NCBI GenBank assembly: GCA_964036045.1
Contig: OZ038378.1
Coordinates: 158,658,001-158,722,000 of the forward strand
Direction of reading: 5' to 3'
DNA from: Eutreptiella sp. 'Long Island Sound 2002'
Taxonomy: Eukaryota; Protista; Euglenida
Length of the DNA stretch: 64,000 nt
Both the position numbers and the translations under genes were made by a program. Positions within the stretch are counted from its first letter, which is position 1, and every line of letters starts with the position of its first letter. Below, one piece after another: positions 47,588 through 59,931 of this stretch. The notes under the pieces are model-generated. The model was not told the origin of the DNA and searched no databases. It saw only the letters and a program-made list of their open reading frames with translations.

Positions 47588-48746
47588 AACAGAAAATTTG
47601 TTGATTGGAATGCACAAGAAATGATGTCTATAGGTAGGATGCTCAGGGCAAAGAAAGATTTCTATTTTCCATCCTCTGACATCCAAGGCCACACACAGCA
47701 CAATTTTGTTTTGGTTTCCTGCTTTTTTATGCACGTGCACATAGGCAGAGCATATGTAGAGGATGTGGACATTGTGTTTTTGCTGCAATGCAATGCAAAG
47801 CAAATGACACGAGCACACAAACCGTTTGCTTCATTCAAGCAAGTTGCGTATCACCCACGTCATCCCACTATTAAGAAGAGAAACCAACACATCATATTCC
47901 TTTGACCCCCCGCTCCCATGGGAACACCGGTTTGAACACAGCACACAGCAACACAACACTTCGTGGGACAAGGTTGGGTTGGGGGTTTGTGATGGTGACA
48001 AAGATGATGGTTTTGCGTTTTGAAGAGCACTTCACTCCATCCGGTTTCAAGGCTGGCCTTGCGAAGGAAACGGGCCACTTGAGACCACCATACCAATCAC
48101 TGAGACACATTTCACCTGCGACAAATGTACCGCTATAGTAAGGCATGCACATGGACAAAGAGCAATGTTCTTTATAAAGCAAGCATGCAAGAGTACAAGA
48201 GCACACTCAACACCAACAAAGCTGCTCAATCATCATGGAGCTGAAACAAACCATACAAATATGATGGGTCCTTGGTGTTCGTCAGCTTGTGTGCAACGCA
48301 ATGCCAAAGGCAACGAGCAAAAGCTCCACAGTGTTCAAAAGACGTAACCATGTACCATGTATTTGAATGCAAGACAAGAACACTCATCCAAACCAAATCC
48401 TTAGGTGTGACTTGGTCACAACGCTTCATGACCCGCCATATGATCATCGCATATTAAATTATCAAGCAACGATGAGTCATGACCCATACCATTCCCACAT
48501 CAGTGAACACAACACCGAGCTTTGGATACCCAGAGAGGGCGGCCAACAAGCAGCAATGGGGGCCCCAATCTGCAGTAGCTCAGAGAACCAAGGGGGTGTG
48601 CAACCAATGATTCAGTAGTGATTCAGCAAGGGACACGCGGAGCACTGCAACAGGTAAAGAAAGACATACGAGCTGAAACACACAAACATGATTAGTTGCG
48701 CGAGTAGCCCATAGTGTTCACGCCGCTCCAGTCGACTCAGTCAAGT

Positions 48747-48821
48747 CACCATGTCGCGCGGTGACTCTGACTGAATAGGCACTAGGAGTCACTGATCGCC
48801 GGTTCAAATCCCAGTGTGGTC
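48747..48821 (+). other. Degenerate tRNA-like sequence (possible SINE head)
   Basis: B-box GGTTCAAATCC, possible acceptor pairing ACCATG/TGTGGT, stem TGACT/AGTCA. D and T stems are poor, so this is not a functional tRNA. Confidence 0.35.
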
Positions 48822-49859
48822 TGCACCGTGGCGCGCTGCCCATAGCTCAGCCTATCTCCTTGACTAGACTACTAAGACACGCACAGGACTCGTTGGTGGC
48901 ACATAGGCAAGAGAAGAAATGCCATAGCGAAAAAGTGGGCGATCGGCGAGCGAAGGGCGAGCAATCAGCCAATCGCTGGGATCGGCGGGGATCGAACCTA
49001 CGCTGTAGCATGTTTAATGCCAATGTCACTGTACATTACTTCGGAACAATCTTGGGCTTCGATGCTCATCTTGTGCTTTTGCATGCTTTGTGGGGTGCTG
49101 GCTTCGGACGGCACCATGCTTTTTTCAAATTTTTCGAAAAAAATTGAGTATGACTCTCATGAGTCAAGTTTTTGGGGCGACTGAGTCATGAATGAGTTAC
49201 CAGTTACGATCGCCGATGACTGACTCGATTCAGTCATCAATCATCGATTTTTTTGACTCAGCGAAGTCTCAGTTACCGCCTGTCGATTTTGACTCAGTCA
49301 ACCCAACCCTGGACGGGTAAGGCTGCCACTCTGGTGACACAGATCGTCCAGAAAAAAATTCCGGGTGACACAAAATTCCCAGAAAGGTCTGGTGACACAA
49401 ATTGGCGCGGCAGAGAGTTGCCGCCAGGCGGCGGCGCGCGGCGCAGGCCAGTTCTGTGCAGGGGTCGGCGCACCTTGCGCACGACCAACTCGGACAGCGC
49501 AAAAAATTGCACCGCCGCCGGCAAAAAAAGTATATTGCTTTATCCTGGTATGTTCGAAATTTTTAAAAAAAGCCCCGGGGCCTTTGTGGCAGCTTGGGGC
49601 GCTCATGCCGTTGAATAACGTCCTAGGGCGGGAAGCCACCGTTTCCCTTCGTTTGGGCATTTCGCCCAGGTTTGGGGGCTATTTTGGGCGAAAAATGGCT
49701 GTTTTTGGCCCAAAACTGCGCAGATTTGGGAGGGCACCTCCCAACCTGGCTCAAAACTTGGATTTGGCAAGGCCACCACCTAGGCTCCAAGATGGCTAAA
49801 GTAGAGTCAAGCCCGAGGCGATGGGAAGGGGCAATGGCCAAAACGGAACGGTGACATGC

Positions 49860-49889
49860 TTGTTGTTGTTGTTGTTGTTGTTGTTGTTG
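49860..49889. repeat. (TTG)10 microsatellite
   Basis: Directly visible. Confidence 0.95.
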
Positions 49890-50080
49890 CTTGTTGCTTG
49901 TTGCTTGTTAGCTAAATTTAAGGGGAGAGGGGTGTAGTAATATATACACAATCAATACAACCCAAAGAAAACAGGACGGCATGCAAGCAAGCAAGCAATT
50001 TTTCGGGGAATTTAACTTGTTTGCACCAGTGGGTCCACTAATGACCACATCCAACCTTTTGGGTGTTGCAAGTGATGGGA

Positions 50081-50696
50081 GTGAACCGGCTTGGATCTCC
50101 ATTCTATGAACCAGCTTTGGATCTCCATTGTGTGAACCGGCTTTGGATCTCCATTGTGTGAACCGGCTTTGGATCAATTGTGTGAACCGGCTTTGGATCT
50201 CCATTGTCTGACCCGGCTTGGATCTCCATTGTGTGAACCAGCTTTGGATCTCCATTGTGTGAACCGGCTTTGGATCTCCATTGTCTGACCCGGCTTGGAT
50301 CTCCATTGTGTGAACCAGCTTTGGATCTCCATTGTGTGAACCGGCTTTGGATCTCCATTGTGTGAACCGGGTTGGATCTCCATTGTGTGACCCGGCTTTG
50401 GATCTCCATTGTGTGAACCGGCTTTGGATCGCCATTGTGTGAACCGGCTCGGATCTCCATTGTGTGAACCAGCTTTGGATCTCCATTGTGTGAACCAGCT
50501 TTGGATCTCCATTGTGTGAACCAATTTTGGATCTCCATTGTGTGAACCAACTGTGGATCTCCATTGTGTGAACCAGCTTTGGATCTCCATTGTGTGAACC
50601 AACTGTGGATCTCCATTCTCCATTGTGTGATCCGGCTTTGGATCTCCATTGTGTGAACCGGCTTGGATCTCCATTGCATGACCCGCCTTGGATCCC
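50081..50696. repeat. 26-bp minisatellite (ggatctccattgtgtgaaccggcttt)n, ~23 units
   Basis: Directly visible. Confidence 0.96.
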
Positions 50697-52532
50697 CAAG
50701 GTAGGTCATTGTGGGGCAGGTGCCATACCTTGGCACCGTGTCCATGGTTTGATGGTGTGAAGTGAAACGGCCGGGTGGAAAGATGGGCGTCGTAGGGTCC
50801 ACAACGGACATGGGGCACCCGTTGAACGGCCACGACGAGCCATCTGAACCACGCGGGGTCCATCACGTAGCCCTGTAAGGCAATGGACATGTACACAGTG
50901 GCAAGGAAACCAGAACGGCCGGGTGTGAAGATTGACGTTGTGGGGTCCACAGTAGACTTGGAGCATCTACTGAACGCCCATGACGGGCGATTGTACCCAC
51001 GCGGGGTCCAACGGTTGACAAGAGGCCAAGGTGGGGCGCTACGACACGATGCGTAGCCGGGAGTACTCGGGGGCCTTTGTCCCCTTAAACATGAATACCA
51101 CCCGTGTCGGCAATGTATGTTGTTTGCTGCTTCGTGCCATTGTGTTGCGAAGCATGCCATGGAGAAGGGGCCACCGACGGCTACATGTCGCAAATGGCAT
51201 GTTGGGCATGGGCTAGTACCCTGAATAGCCAAACAGAGGAATGCCAACGAGTGCCAAAGGTTTGTTATGTGGTGGGAACACCATAATTATGTGTGGTGCG
51301 TGTGACATGGGAAGAAAAAGTTTTTTCTGTAGGACCCACTTTTTTCCAGTACCCCCTGACCCCTAGGGGCGCACATCTCACTCTGTTGTTGCCTAAGTAA
51401 CCAACCCATTGCATCTCACTGCACTGGACCCCACACGTCACACTTACGCCACCCGCAGCAAACCGCAAGGTGTTAGTGATTGACTGCCCATTGGGCATGG
51501 CAAGTACGACCGCACTACTGTATGAAGGGTAAACACATGTTATGACTGTACGATGCCTGGACCACAAGTCCACTTAGCTTCCAAGTACACTCAATCACAC
51601 CTTGAGCGTCGGGAGCTATAAAAAAGAAAGAAAGAAAGCTGAAACTTAGCAAAGGTTTTCATGGTGTCAAAATTGACCTCTCCATGGTCTTAGTTTCTGT
51701 CCTTGTCTGAGTTTTTTTTGCGTGTGATTGAAAAAAAAAGTTGAGCCGCAACCGAAGCCAAACCTATGGAGAGGTGAATTTTAACACCACTAAACGATAC
51801 CTCTCTTCAACATTTTCAAGAAATCAGAGACAGGAAGTTTGGAAAAATCGCCGATGATGCTGCCAATGCGAGCCGTGCAATGATCAATGCAGTGCAAAAT
51901 TCCCTCAACGAATTAAACTTGTCCATTCTTGAGCTTAAGGGCACCAAAATCCAACTTGGCTTCTTTAAAATACATTTCTTCCCAGCCTAGTCTGACCTGT
52001 GGATGCATTGAGTAATGATAACACATGGCACAGCAAGTGATTCTATGGGCATACAATATACCTCAACTATCTGTCAAATTTCAGCAAGTTAACTTGTACA
52101 ACAAAGCCAACAACGCGCAAGTGTTTAGATCCTCTTTCATGGACCACAGGAACAACATGTAGGCTACATATCATGCCTCAAAAGCACGTCTATCACAGAC
52201 CTTTGCGAGCTAACTTTCTTTTGCTGCTTTTCCTCTACAGTTCCACCAAAATAGGTCACAAGAGTTTGGAGAAAGTCATCTTGCAAAGGTCCATAACAGA
52301 CCCTTTCTGTCAGCTTGCAACACAACGTAGTTGACTTCCATTGTGTCCCGAGCAGAGTGATAAGAATTGCCCTTGTTGTTTTGTTTTGGTATGTGCATGT
52401 GCAACCAAACAAACACATCTGCACGCACGCTTCACACACTCAAGTGTAATGAGCTCTAAGAGTGAAGTGCGAAAGCCACTGCAAATCACGCTGGATTTGT
52501 TAGGTTAATTGAGTTAGTTGAGTTAATTAGGT

Positions 52533-53257
52533 TAGTTGAGCGGTAAAACACTTGACTAACAACTCGACGACCTGAGTTCGATTCCCGTGCCAGTCTTCGT
52601 ACTGCAACTGTCGAATAGCCGCTTGTCCTCGCGGCGATTACAACGACAGCTTAATCCGAGGCACTTAAATCAAGAAGAGACAGGAGCGAGCAAAGCCGCG
52701 ACGACCAAGGGGGATGGTGCCCTACAATACACCACCGGACTGAGACAGAACAACGGACGACGAAGCGAGGAAGGGGATATCAACACACTGGGGGCAAGTG
52801 GCAGAGCCTAAGAGATTGGGTGGTGCCGCGCCAACAGCATGTGTTTTTATCCCTGGAGCATAGTTGAGCGGTAAAACACTTGACTAACAACTCGACGACC
52901 TGAGTTCGATTCCCGTGCCAGTCTTCGTACTGCAACTGTCGAATAGCCGCTTGTCCTCGCGGCGATTACAACGACAGCTTAATCCGAGGCACTTAAATCA
53001 AGAAGAGACAGGAGCGAGCAAAGCCGCGACGACCAAGGGGGATGGTGCCCTACAATACACCACCGGACTGAGACAGAACAACGGACGACGAAGCGAGGAA
53101 GGGGATATCAACACACTGGGGGCAAGTGGCAGAGCCTAAGAGATTGGGTGGTGCCGCGCCAACAGCATGTGTTTTTATCCCTGGAGCATAGTTGAGCGGT
53201 AAAACACTTGACTAACAACTCGACGACCTGAGTTCGATTCCCGTGCCAGTCTTCGTA
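52533..53257 (+). mobile_element. Head-to-tail tandem of a 328-bp tRNA-derived SINE-like unit (2 full copies plus a 69-bp head)
   Basis: Units start at 52533, 52861 and 53189 and look identical. The head has an A-box-like TAGTTGAGCGGTA, a CTAACA loop (Val-AAC-like) and B-box GAGTTCGATTCC. Confidence 0.7.
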
Positions 53258-55420
53258 ATGTCTTGTTGACATCTGTTGAGCCTTTGCTTGTTGCCTTTGG
53301 CATTGCGTTGAACACACAATTGCAATGGCGAAAGCTCAAAAAAGAACAGCTCAAGTGTATGTTTTTTAGTCACTCAGGCAAAAGTGCCATACGATACGGG
53401 TGGGTGCACTCAACAAGTGGGGGCTTGACCCCAACTAGTTGCCTACCCCTCCACTTTGGTCTGGTGCAAGGACTGAAGACACACGATCTGCGTGGTGCAT
53501 TGAGTACTCTGATTTTGTGTTTTCACTCTATGTGGACATGGTTTACTTTTTGTTGAGGCATAGGAGAGCAGCCCCAATGAATTTTTGGGTCTGCTCAATG
53601 AGCCTAGCAGCCAAAATTTTTGTACGTGTTCCACGTATGGGCCAGATCCAAATCCTGCCTTGCGTTGTTCTGCAACCCAGACCTCTTTAGTGGCACATGC
53701 AGAGCACAAGAAAGTACATCAAGAAGGCGCAAACACAGCATTCAGGCTTATAAACACACACCATCAGGAATTTGACATTCCGGGACCTATCCGTGTGATC
53801 AATACCTTTACACATTTCGCATGCACTCCCAGTCAAATGACGGCTCTGACTCCTCTTCAGCCCTCGTGGAATGATGGATGTCACCACTGGCACCATGCAG
53901 TGAGGGGTCTAGCACTACGCAAATGCCACGGGCCATCGCACCTATTTTCAAGACGGATGTCAATTCAGAAGGCGGTTTAGTGCAAGGGTGCTGATCCCCA
54001 CTTCCACCTTGACTACCAATAGGTAGGACGAGCAAATGCCTCCATCATTGAATACTCGAAGGCCAAAACTCGAGTCCGGCGCCATTTGGTTTCGGAGTGT
54101 ATACACAGTAGTCAGACTGTGGGGCAGCCAATGGCACTAGTGGAAGTTTCGAATGTTTGACATTGAATCATGCCATGCTCTTGTTTTGCACCACATGTCC
54201 TTAGAATCTCACCTCAAAATGGCTGCCGTTGAGCTGATTAAGCTCTGTGGACTTATTATTCTGGTCACTGTCCTACTGGACCTGCCTGCGGCACGTTTGG
54301 ATTACAATACACGCATTTGGTGGGTGCTATCTAGCAAAAGAGAAAAGCAGTTGAAATGGTTGGAACAGGTATCCGTCACTAGCTCAAAGGCAAAGAGCAA
54401 GCACCTGAGTAGGGTTGTCTCGTGCAGGCGGGCCCCCGGGTCAGGCTGTGGTGATGAGGAAGGGGTGCACTGTTGAGGATCCGCACCACATAGGGTTGTG
54501 GTGATACTTCCAGGGCTGCATATCTCGAGACAGCACAATCCTGTGCTACTGCTTTCTTGCCACTGCTCTACTCGGTTTCAATTAGGAACAGGAGGCGCGA
54601 GACGTGGTGACAAGCACAGCACCATCCCCGTAGTCACGCAGCAAAAGGGTGCAGCAGCTTGCCCCCTTCCCAGGGTATTGAGATCGGCACCATGGGGAAT
54701 GCCAGCCGGGCCATTGCGCGCTGTCTGCGACGCCATTGGCTGCATCAGATGACCCCACAAAAGGCCCGCCTCCGGTCGTTTGCTGGCAAGTGTTGAGGAG
54801 TTTCGCACATCCGGCTTTGCTGCTTTGCTGCGGGTTTCCTGTCTCCATCGTGTGTGAGGGGTGCCCTCTTGGGTGGTGCTCCTTTGTCTCAGTCCGGTGG
54901 GCACTGCAACATCACCATCAAAGAGGCGGTGGACGAGTTTTCCAACTGCACGGACTTCTGCAAAGAGGCCGAGGCGATGGTGCACCAGCGGCAGGCGATC
55001 CTCCACAACGTCCGGGAAGTGCACCCGCTGTCCGGCGGTCCGTCTGGGATCATGTTCGATCTGGGCCGAGGTTGTGGCAGGGACCAGGCGGCGGCTGCTG
55101 TTGCTACATCTGCTACCCCCCCCCCCCCCCCCCAGAGGGGGGACCGTCACTTTGACAAAAGAAGCGTAGGAAATACCAGGCGCCAAACAAAGTCACCTCG
55201 AAGAGAGGTTGTTAGATCAAGCGCAAGCGCGGGTGTCGTATACCCCCCCTTTTTTGGGGTCATTCGCGTAGCATACCCCGCATGATATTTGATGTCCAAC
55301 CCCTTGTAAAATCATTATTTTGCCCACTAAGACAATCCCCCAATGGATTTTTTGATTCTGAGGCCTCTATCCCCTGAAACTGGATATCACTTTTTTGGGG
55401 GGTCAAAAAGTTTGTGCTCA

Positions 55421-55490
55421 GCGGGGTTTGAACGAGAGTCAGATTGCACAGAGATCACCGGTCGGGTGCATTACCATTTGGCCGTTGCTT
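55421..55490 (-). other. Degenerate tRNA-like (SINE-head) sequence
   Basis: Minus strand: CGGCCAAATGGTAATGCACCCGAC (A-box/D-arm-like) ... CGTTCAAACCCC (B-box-like). Confidence 0.4.
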
Positions 55491-56327
55491 GATCTGACTT
55501 GTGTCCTCCCCACTGCTTGAAGCCAAGTCTGCCACTGAAAACACCCAAACTGTGTGTTTCTGTCTGCCTGCCTGCTTGCCCGACTGACTGTCTGACTGAC
55601 TGCTTGCCTGACCAACTGACTGATTGGCTAACTGTCAGCCTCTCTTCGAGGTGCACTGCCGAAGGCAATAGAATTTTTCTTCGGGTAAAATTGGAACTTT
55701 TGGAGCTGCAGTTTTAGTACTAAAATTGTGTGGTGCAATCCCCCCGCCCCCCCCCCCACAGACGGGGGGGGGGGCGGCCTGACATTAGGGGGGGGGGATT
55801 ACAAGGGGGGGGAAGGTAATACTTCTGCTGCTGTTGTGCTCCTGCTCGTGCTGCAGCTGCTGCTACTGCCAGATTGGGAAAACTACCACAGTAGCACCGG
55901 CAGCAGACACCATAATAGCAGCACCACCACCACCACCACCGGCACCAGCAGTAGCAGCAAAAACAACAGCACCAGCACCAGCACCAGGTGCAGCAGCAGG
56001 AGCAGGCGTAGCAGCAGTATCAAATATGGCAGTTTCAACTGCAGCAGCAATACCGTTTCAGCGGCAGCACTGCGCTGTACTGTGTCGCCATGCATTGCAT
56101 TATAAATTGCAGTTGTGGTCAGTTCTGCAAGCACATCAGCACTTTCATGGCAGCCGTTGCCATTGATACGCGGATTTCCATTTGCCTGCCGCAGGCCCCC
56201 GATGTCGGGTGCCTCGTTGGCCGGGGGTCAGGGGCCGCGGGACGGGACTGGCACTGACGAGCCGACCGGCCTCTTTGTGGTCTTGGCATTCCCGCGACCG
56301 CCGGCCGCGTCCCCATGTTTCGCGCAG

Positions 56328-56509
56328 GCACTTTGCGGCAAAGTGACAAGGTCGACAAGATCCTGCAGCGGCCCTGCAAACGCATCGTGGACAGCGTAGT
56401 CAAGACGAACGACATGGCGGATGGCCTTTCCGCGGTGGGGCTGGTGGGGGGGCTGATTGCGGTGATGGTGATGCTGTGGCGCCTTCCGGGCGCTATGCGT
56501 GAAGTTTAG
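56328..56509 (+). CDS. Putative last exon encoding a C-terminal transmembrane segment
   Basis: Acceptor tttcgcgcAG| at 56326-27. Reads TLRQSDKVDKILQRPCKRIVDSVVKTNDMADGLSAVGLVGGLIAVMVMLWRLPGAMREV*, with high GC3 and a hydrophobic C-terminal stretch. Confidence 0.5.
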
Positions 56510-57925
56510 GCCCCCTATGGGGGGGCCGAGGGCGGAGGCGGGGCTGCAGATGTTTGCCTCGGGGGGTTGGGTTCGGTTGGGCCTCGTTGCAGCGGCGGTG
56601 TGTTGTGCGGTCTGGGCTTCACTGAGGGGGGGACTGCCGCCCGGAAGATTGTGTGGAAATGGGCATTCTTTTTCTCGGTGCGGAGGGGCTGGGGCTGTGC
56701 GGGGGAACCTGCTCGGAACGGGGGCGAAATCGTTCCCCAGCCGCATGATGCCGGCCGGGGCCCTGCTCTACGCTTTGGCGGTGGTACAGGGGTACCAGCG
56801 CTCCTCTTTTGTTCGGCGCTGGATGCGCCTCCTCATTCCTGAAGCTCGCGCCGCGGGGGAGTTGGGGTTGCCGGCCGCCCTCCCCCCCTCCGGCCCCCAC
56901 CGCATCGGATGTGGTGGAAAGCGCCCTCCAAACTTCGCGGGCCGGGATGACTGCATGCGAAGCCTGTCAGCGCTGGCAGGGGAGTGGACCCCACGCGGGC
57001 GGCAGCTGCGATTGTCAGCGGTCGGACAAACACTCCCCAGTGAGCCGCAAAACTGCACCCACTCCCCCGCCCCCCCAACTGCCCCCGACCCATGACCCGA
57101 CAAGCGAGCAAGTCACACCAGCGACATGCCACACAACACCAGTTGTACCACATGGTGCCCGACCAGCCCTTCGGGCACCCCCATCCCCCGACTCGCGCGC
57201 ACAACGCTCAGCGCCCGGCCGCGGTTGGTTGGCGCGCGCCGCGATTGGGATGGGCTTCAGGACAATTGTACGGGCGCACGGAGGGTTCCCGTTGTGTGGG
57301 AGCGGTGTGCATTGGACTGAGCCTTTGGCGTTGTTCGCCCCGGTCCAATGCCGGTGTGTGACATGCGACATTCACAACTCTGCCCGAGGGTGTGCCCGAG
57401 GGGGTGAAGGCACGCAAACCCAGGCCGATGTGCCGGGGGGGGTGCCCGTGTACACATGTGGGCCGTTGCCTGGGGCAATGAGATGGTGCCTGTCAATCCC
57501 CCACCAAGTTTCCTCGCAAGCCACTGTGCATTCCTGCGGTCATCCCCGTCCCCGGGGGGCGGGAGCCTCGTTTCTCAAAGCGGACATCGAGGGTGAGCGG
57601 CAGGGCTGCGCTGCCTCCACCAAACCCCGCTGTTTTCTGCTGATAGGTACCCCCCCCTGCGCAAGCACCCTTGTCCAAGCACCGGGACCCGGTCTGACCG
57701 CCACTTTTACCAAATTTTCTGACCACGGTTTTTACGGTCAGAAACTAGGCAAAGCGTGATTGTGTACCAACTGTAGAGGGAAGGAGGGGGCTGTGTCATG
57801 CTTGGGATGAGTCCTCCTGCTCCTGACAACATTCTGCTTGGCACTGCACCCCACTGCTCTTTGTTTTGGGGTGATTTTCCGAAAAAAAAACCCATTCCAA
57901 AGCCTGCAGCCCAGCCTGCCCCAAA

Positions 57926-58137
57926 GGGGGCGCACTGTGCGCTGTGCCCGCGCTGTGCGAAAAGTCGGCTGTTTTCTACCACCGGTCGCCACAGGTCCCA
58001 GGGTCCTGAATTCTGCACCCCTGATGCTGTTTTGAATTGATCATACATCCTTCTGCAGGGGGGTGGTTTTCAGGGGTGTTCCCGGGATAAACAACGTAAT
58101 AATTGGCGCCGTGCACGCGCTGTACGAAAACGCTCCC
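57926..58137. mobile_element. Second, inverted and shorter (212 bp) copy of the PIF/Tourist-like MITE
   Basis: GGGGGCG...CGCTCCC termini, 3-bp TSD AAA on both sides, internal similarity to 36434-36726 on the opposite strand. Confidence 0.8.
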
Positions 58138-59587
58138 AAAGCCTGCTGCAAAGGGCAAGCATTTGCAATTGTTCAAGATGAGGCGCAAGGTTGGAAAGGG
58201 CTTCTATTCCACAGCTCCTGATGCCCCTGATGGGCAGTGAGGACCTCCAGAACTTGCTGAAATTTGCCTACACATTGTGTTCTAGTGCCCTGTTGTGACC
58301 ATTGTGCTTGGGGTGAGGTATGGGCAGGTTTTTGGGACATGCGTTCTTTTGGTACCGCGTGCCACACGCTAGAACCGCCTTGTCTAAGCACCAGGACCCA
58401 GTCTGACCGTCCCCTTCCTGACTTTCCTGGTGCTTGCGCAAAGGAGGGGGGGGGGGGATAAGGTGGCCAGGCTTGCCTGGGTCATTTTTGTTCCATTCAA
58501 CACTCACAAAAGGGAGGTGTGCAGACCTCGGGATGAATGCGCACGCGGCGTGTTTACTGGCCTACAACATGGCCTGCACTGCAATGCAGTGAAATGCCCG
58601 CCTGATGCGCAAGGGGCCGTGTCGGTTGTGCATGTGCTAACAGAACGGCGGAGATGCAAATGATGGGAATGCCAAGCCGAGGGGTCAACGGGAGCGGGGC
58701 AGCAGTAGGGCTCTTTGACCCCCCCCCCCCCCCCGCAAGTGAAAACCCGACATGCCCAGCGGGGGAGCACAGGGGTATTCGCTTTCCCCCCACGAGGCAC
58801 TGAAGGCGTCCTGACTTGTGGCATCCTGCGACTGCCATTCTTAGCGCCTGCCGCTGGCAGCCCTTCCAAACTACAGAACTCTGGACATCTCCTGCGTGCG
58901 CTTGCTGGCGTACCGAGGGTTTGAGGCGGGGGTCCCCCCAGGGGGTGCCACATATCCGCCGCATACGGTCGCCGCAGGTGCCCCACGTTTCTCCCACGCC
59001 GCAAGCACCGCCCCCGTTCAGAGGGAACACCGGTCAAGCGGGTGATGTGCTGATTCCAAAAGTCCCATTTTCATTTTTTGCCGATTTTTGGGTCTGGGTC
59101 ACCTGCGAGGCCCGGGGGTCAGTCTCGGTAGGACTTTGGGGTCCTGTCAATTGAGCCCTTTTGGGGGGGGGGGGGGGTCCGGCCGGAGGGCTCTATCAAC
59201 CCCCCCCCCCCACCCCCGAGTCGACAAGGGGCCCAACGACTTGGCGAAATTCGGCGAAATTCGGCGAAGTTGCCAAAACCAATTTTTGGGTGCAGCACTG
59301 ACTGAGGAGTGCCGTGCAAAATGATAACTACACAGCTAAACACCGCATCATAGGCTTTGTTTTGTGCCAACCTCCAACATTTTGATCCCACCCTCCAAAT
59401 CGGTGGCCTTCCCAAAAACTGGGGGGGGGGGTTCAGGAAAAGGGCTCAATTGACAGGCACTATTAATCAGTTATTATGCGGGCTGGATGATTCCAGAGGA
59501 CCGCTTTTGCATGAGCACACCTGCCACGGTGGTTGGCGTGCCCCCTGCCGACGCACAGGCTGCACCTCATGGCACGGCATGAACCTA

Positions 59588-59931
59588 GGGGGGAATGTTT
59601 GCCCGGCACGCGCCCGGCGCGCTACCTTTGTATTAAGTATCCTATCTCTAGCCCCAAGTTTATCCTCACCGAGGGAAGTCCCCCAAGTAGACCGCACGAG
59701 ACCGCAAACCTTCCCTGCGAGGCACCTTGCATAGGCCGAAATATGAGAATGCAACGACACAAAATGTCACTCCCACCACTTCCAGCCACTACCCTTGCCA
59801 TCGTCATAAACTGGGTGCAAAGGATGGGCCAAATTCTTAGACACGGCGAGAAGGTACTCCAAATTGTTTGGTGAGGTGGGGGCGAAAACAGGCACGGGTG
59901 GGGAATGGTCAAAAAAAGATGCCCGGCGCGC
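59588..59931. repeat. Dispersed repeat, copy 2 (see 535-872)
   Basis: As for copy 1. Confidence 0.9.

Noticed and set aside
49319-49598. hAT-like MITE (aggctgccac...gtggcagctt)
   Set aside because: Short imperfect inverted match with no target-site duplication found.
49908-50811. MEIQSRFTQWRSK repeat ORFs
   Set aside because: Translations of the 26-bp minisatellite.
52533-52600. Functional tRNA-Val(AAC) gene
   Set aside because: T-stem has two mismatches, the acceptor stem is incomplete and the anticodon loop is 8 nt; treated as a SINE head.
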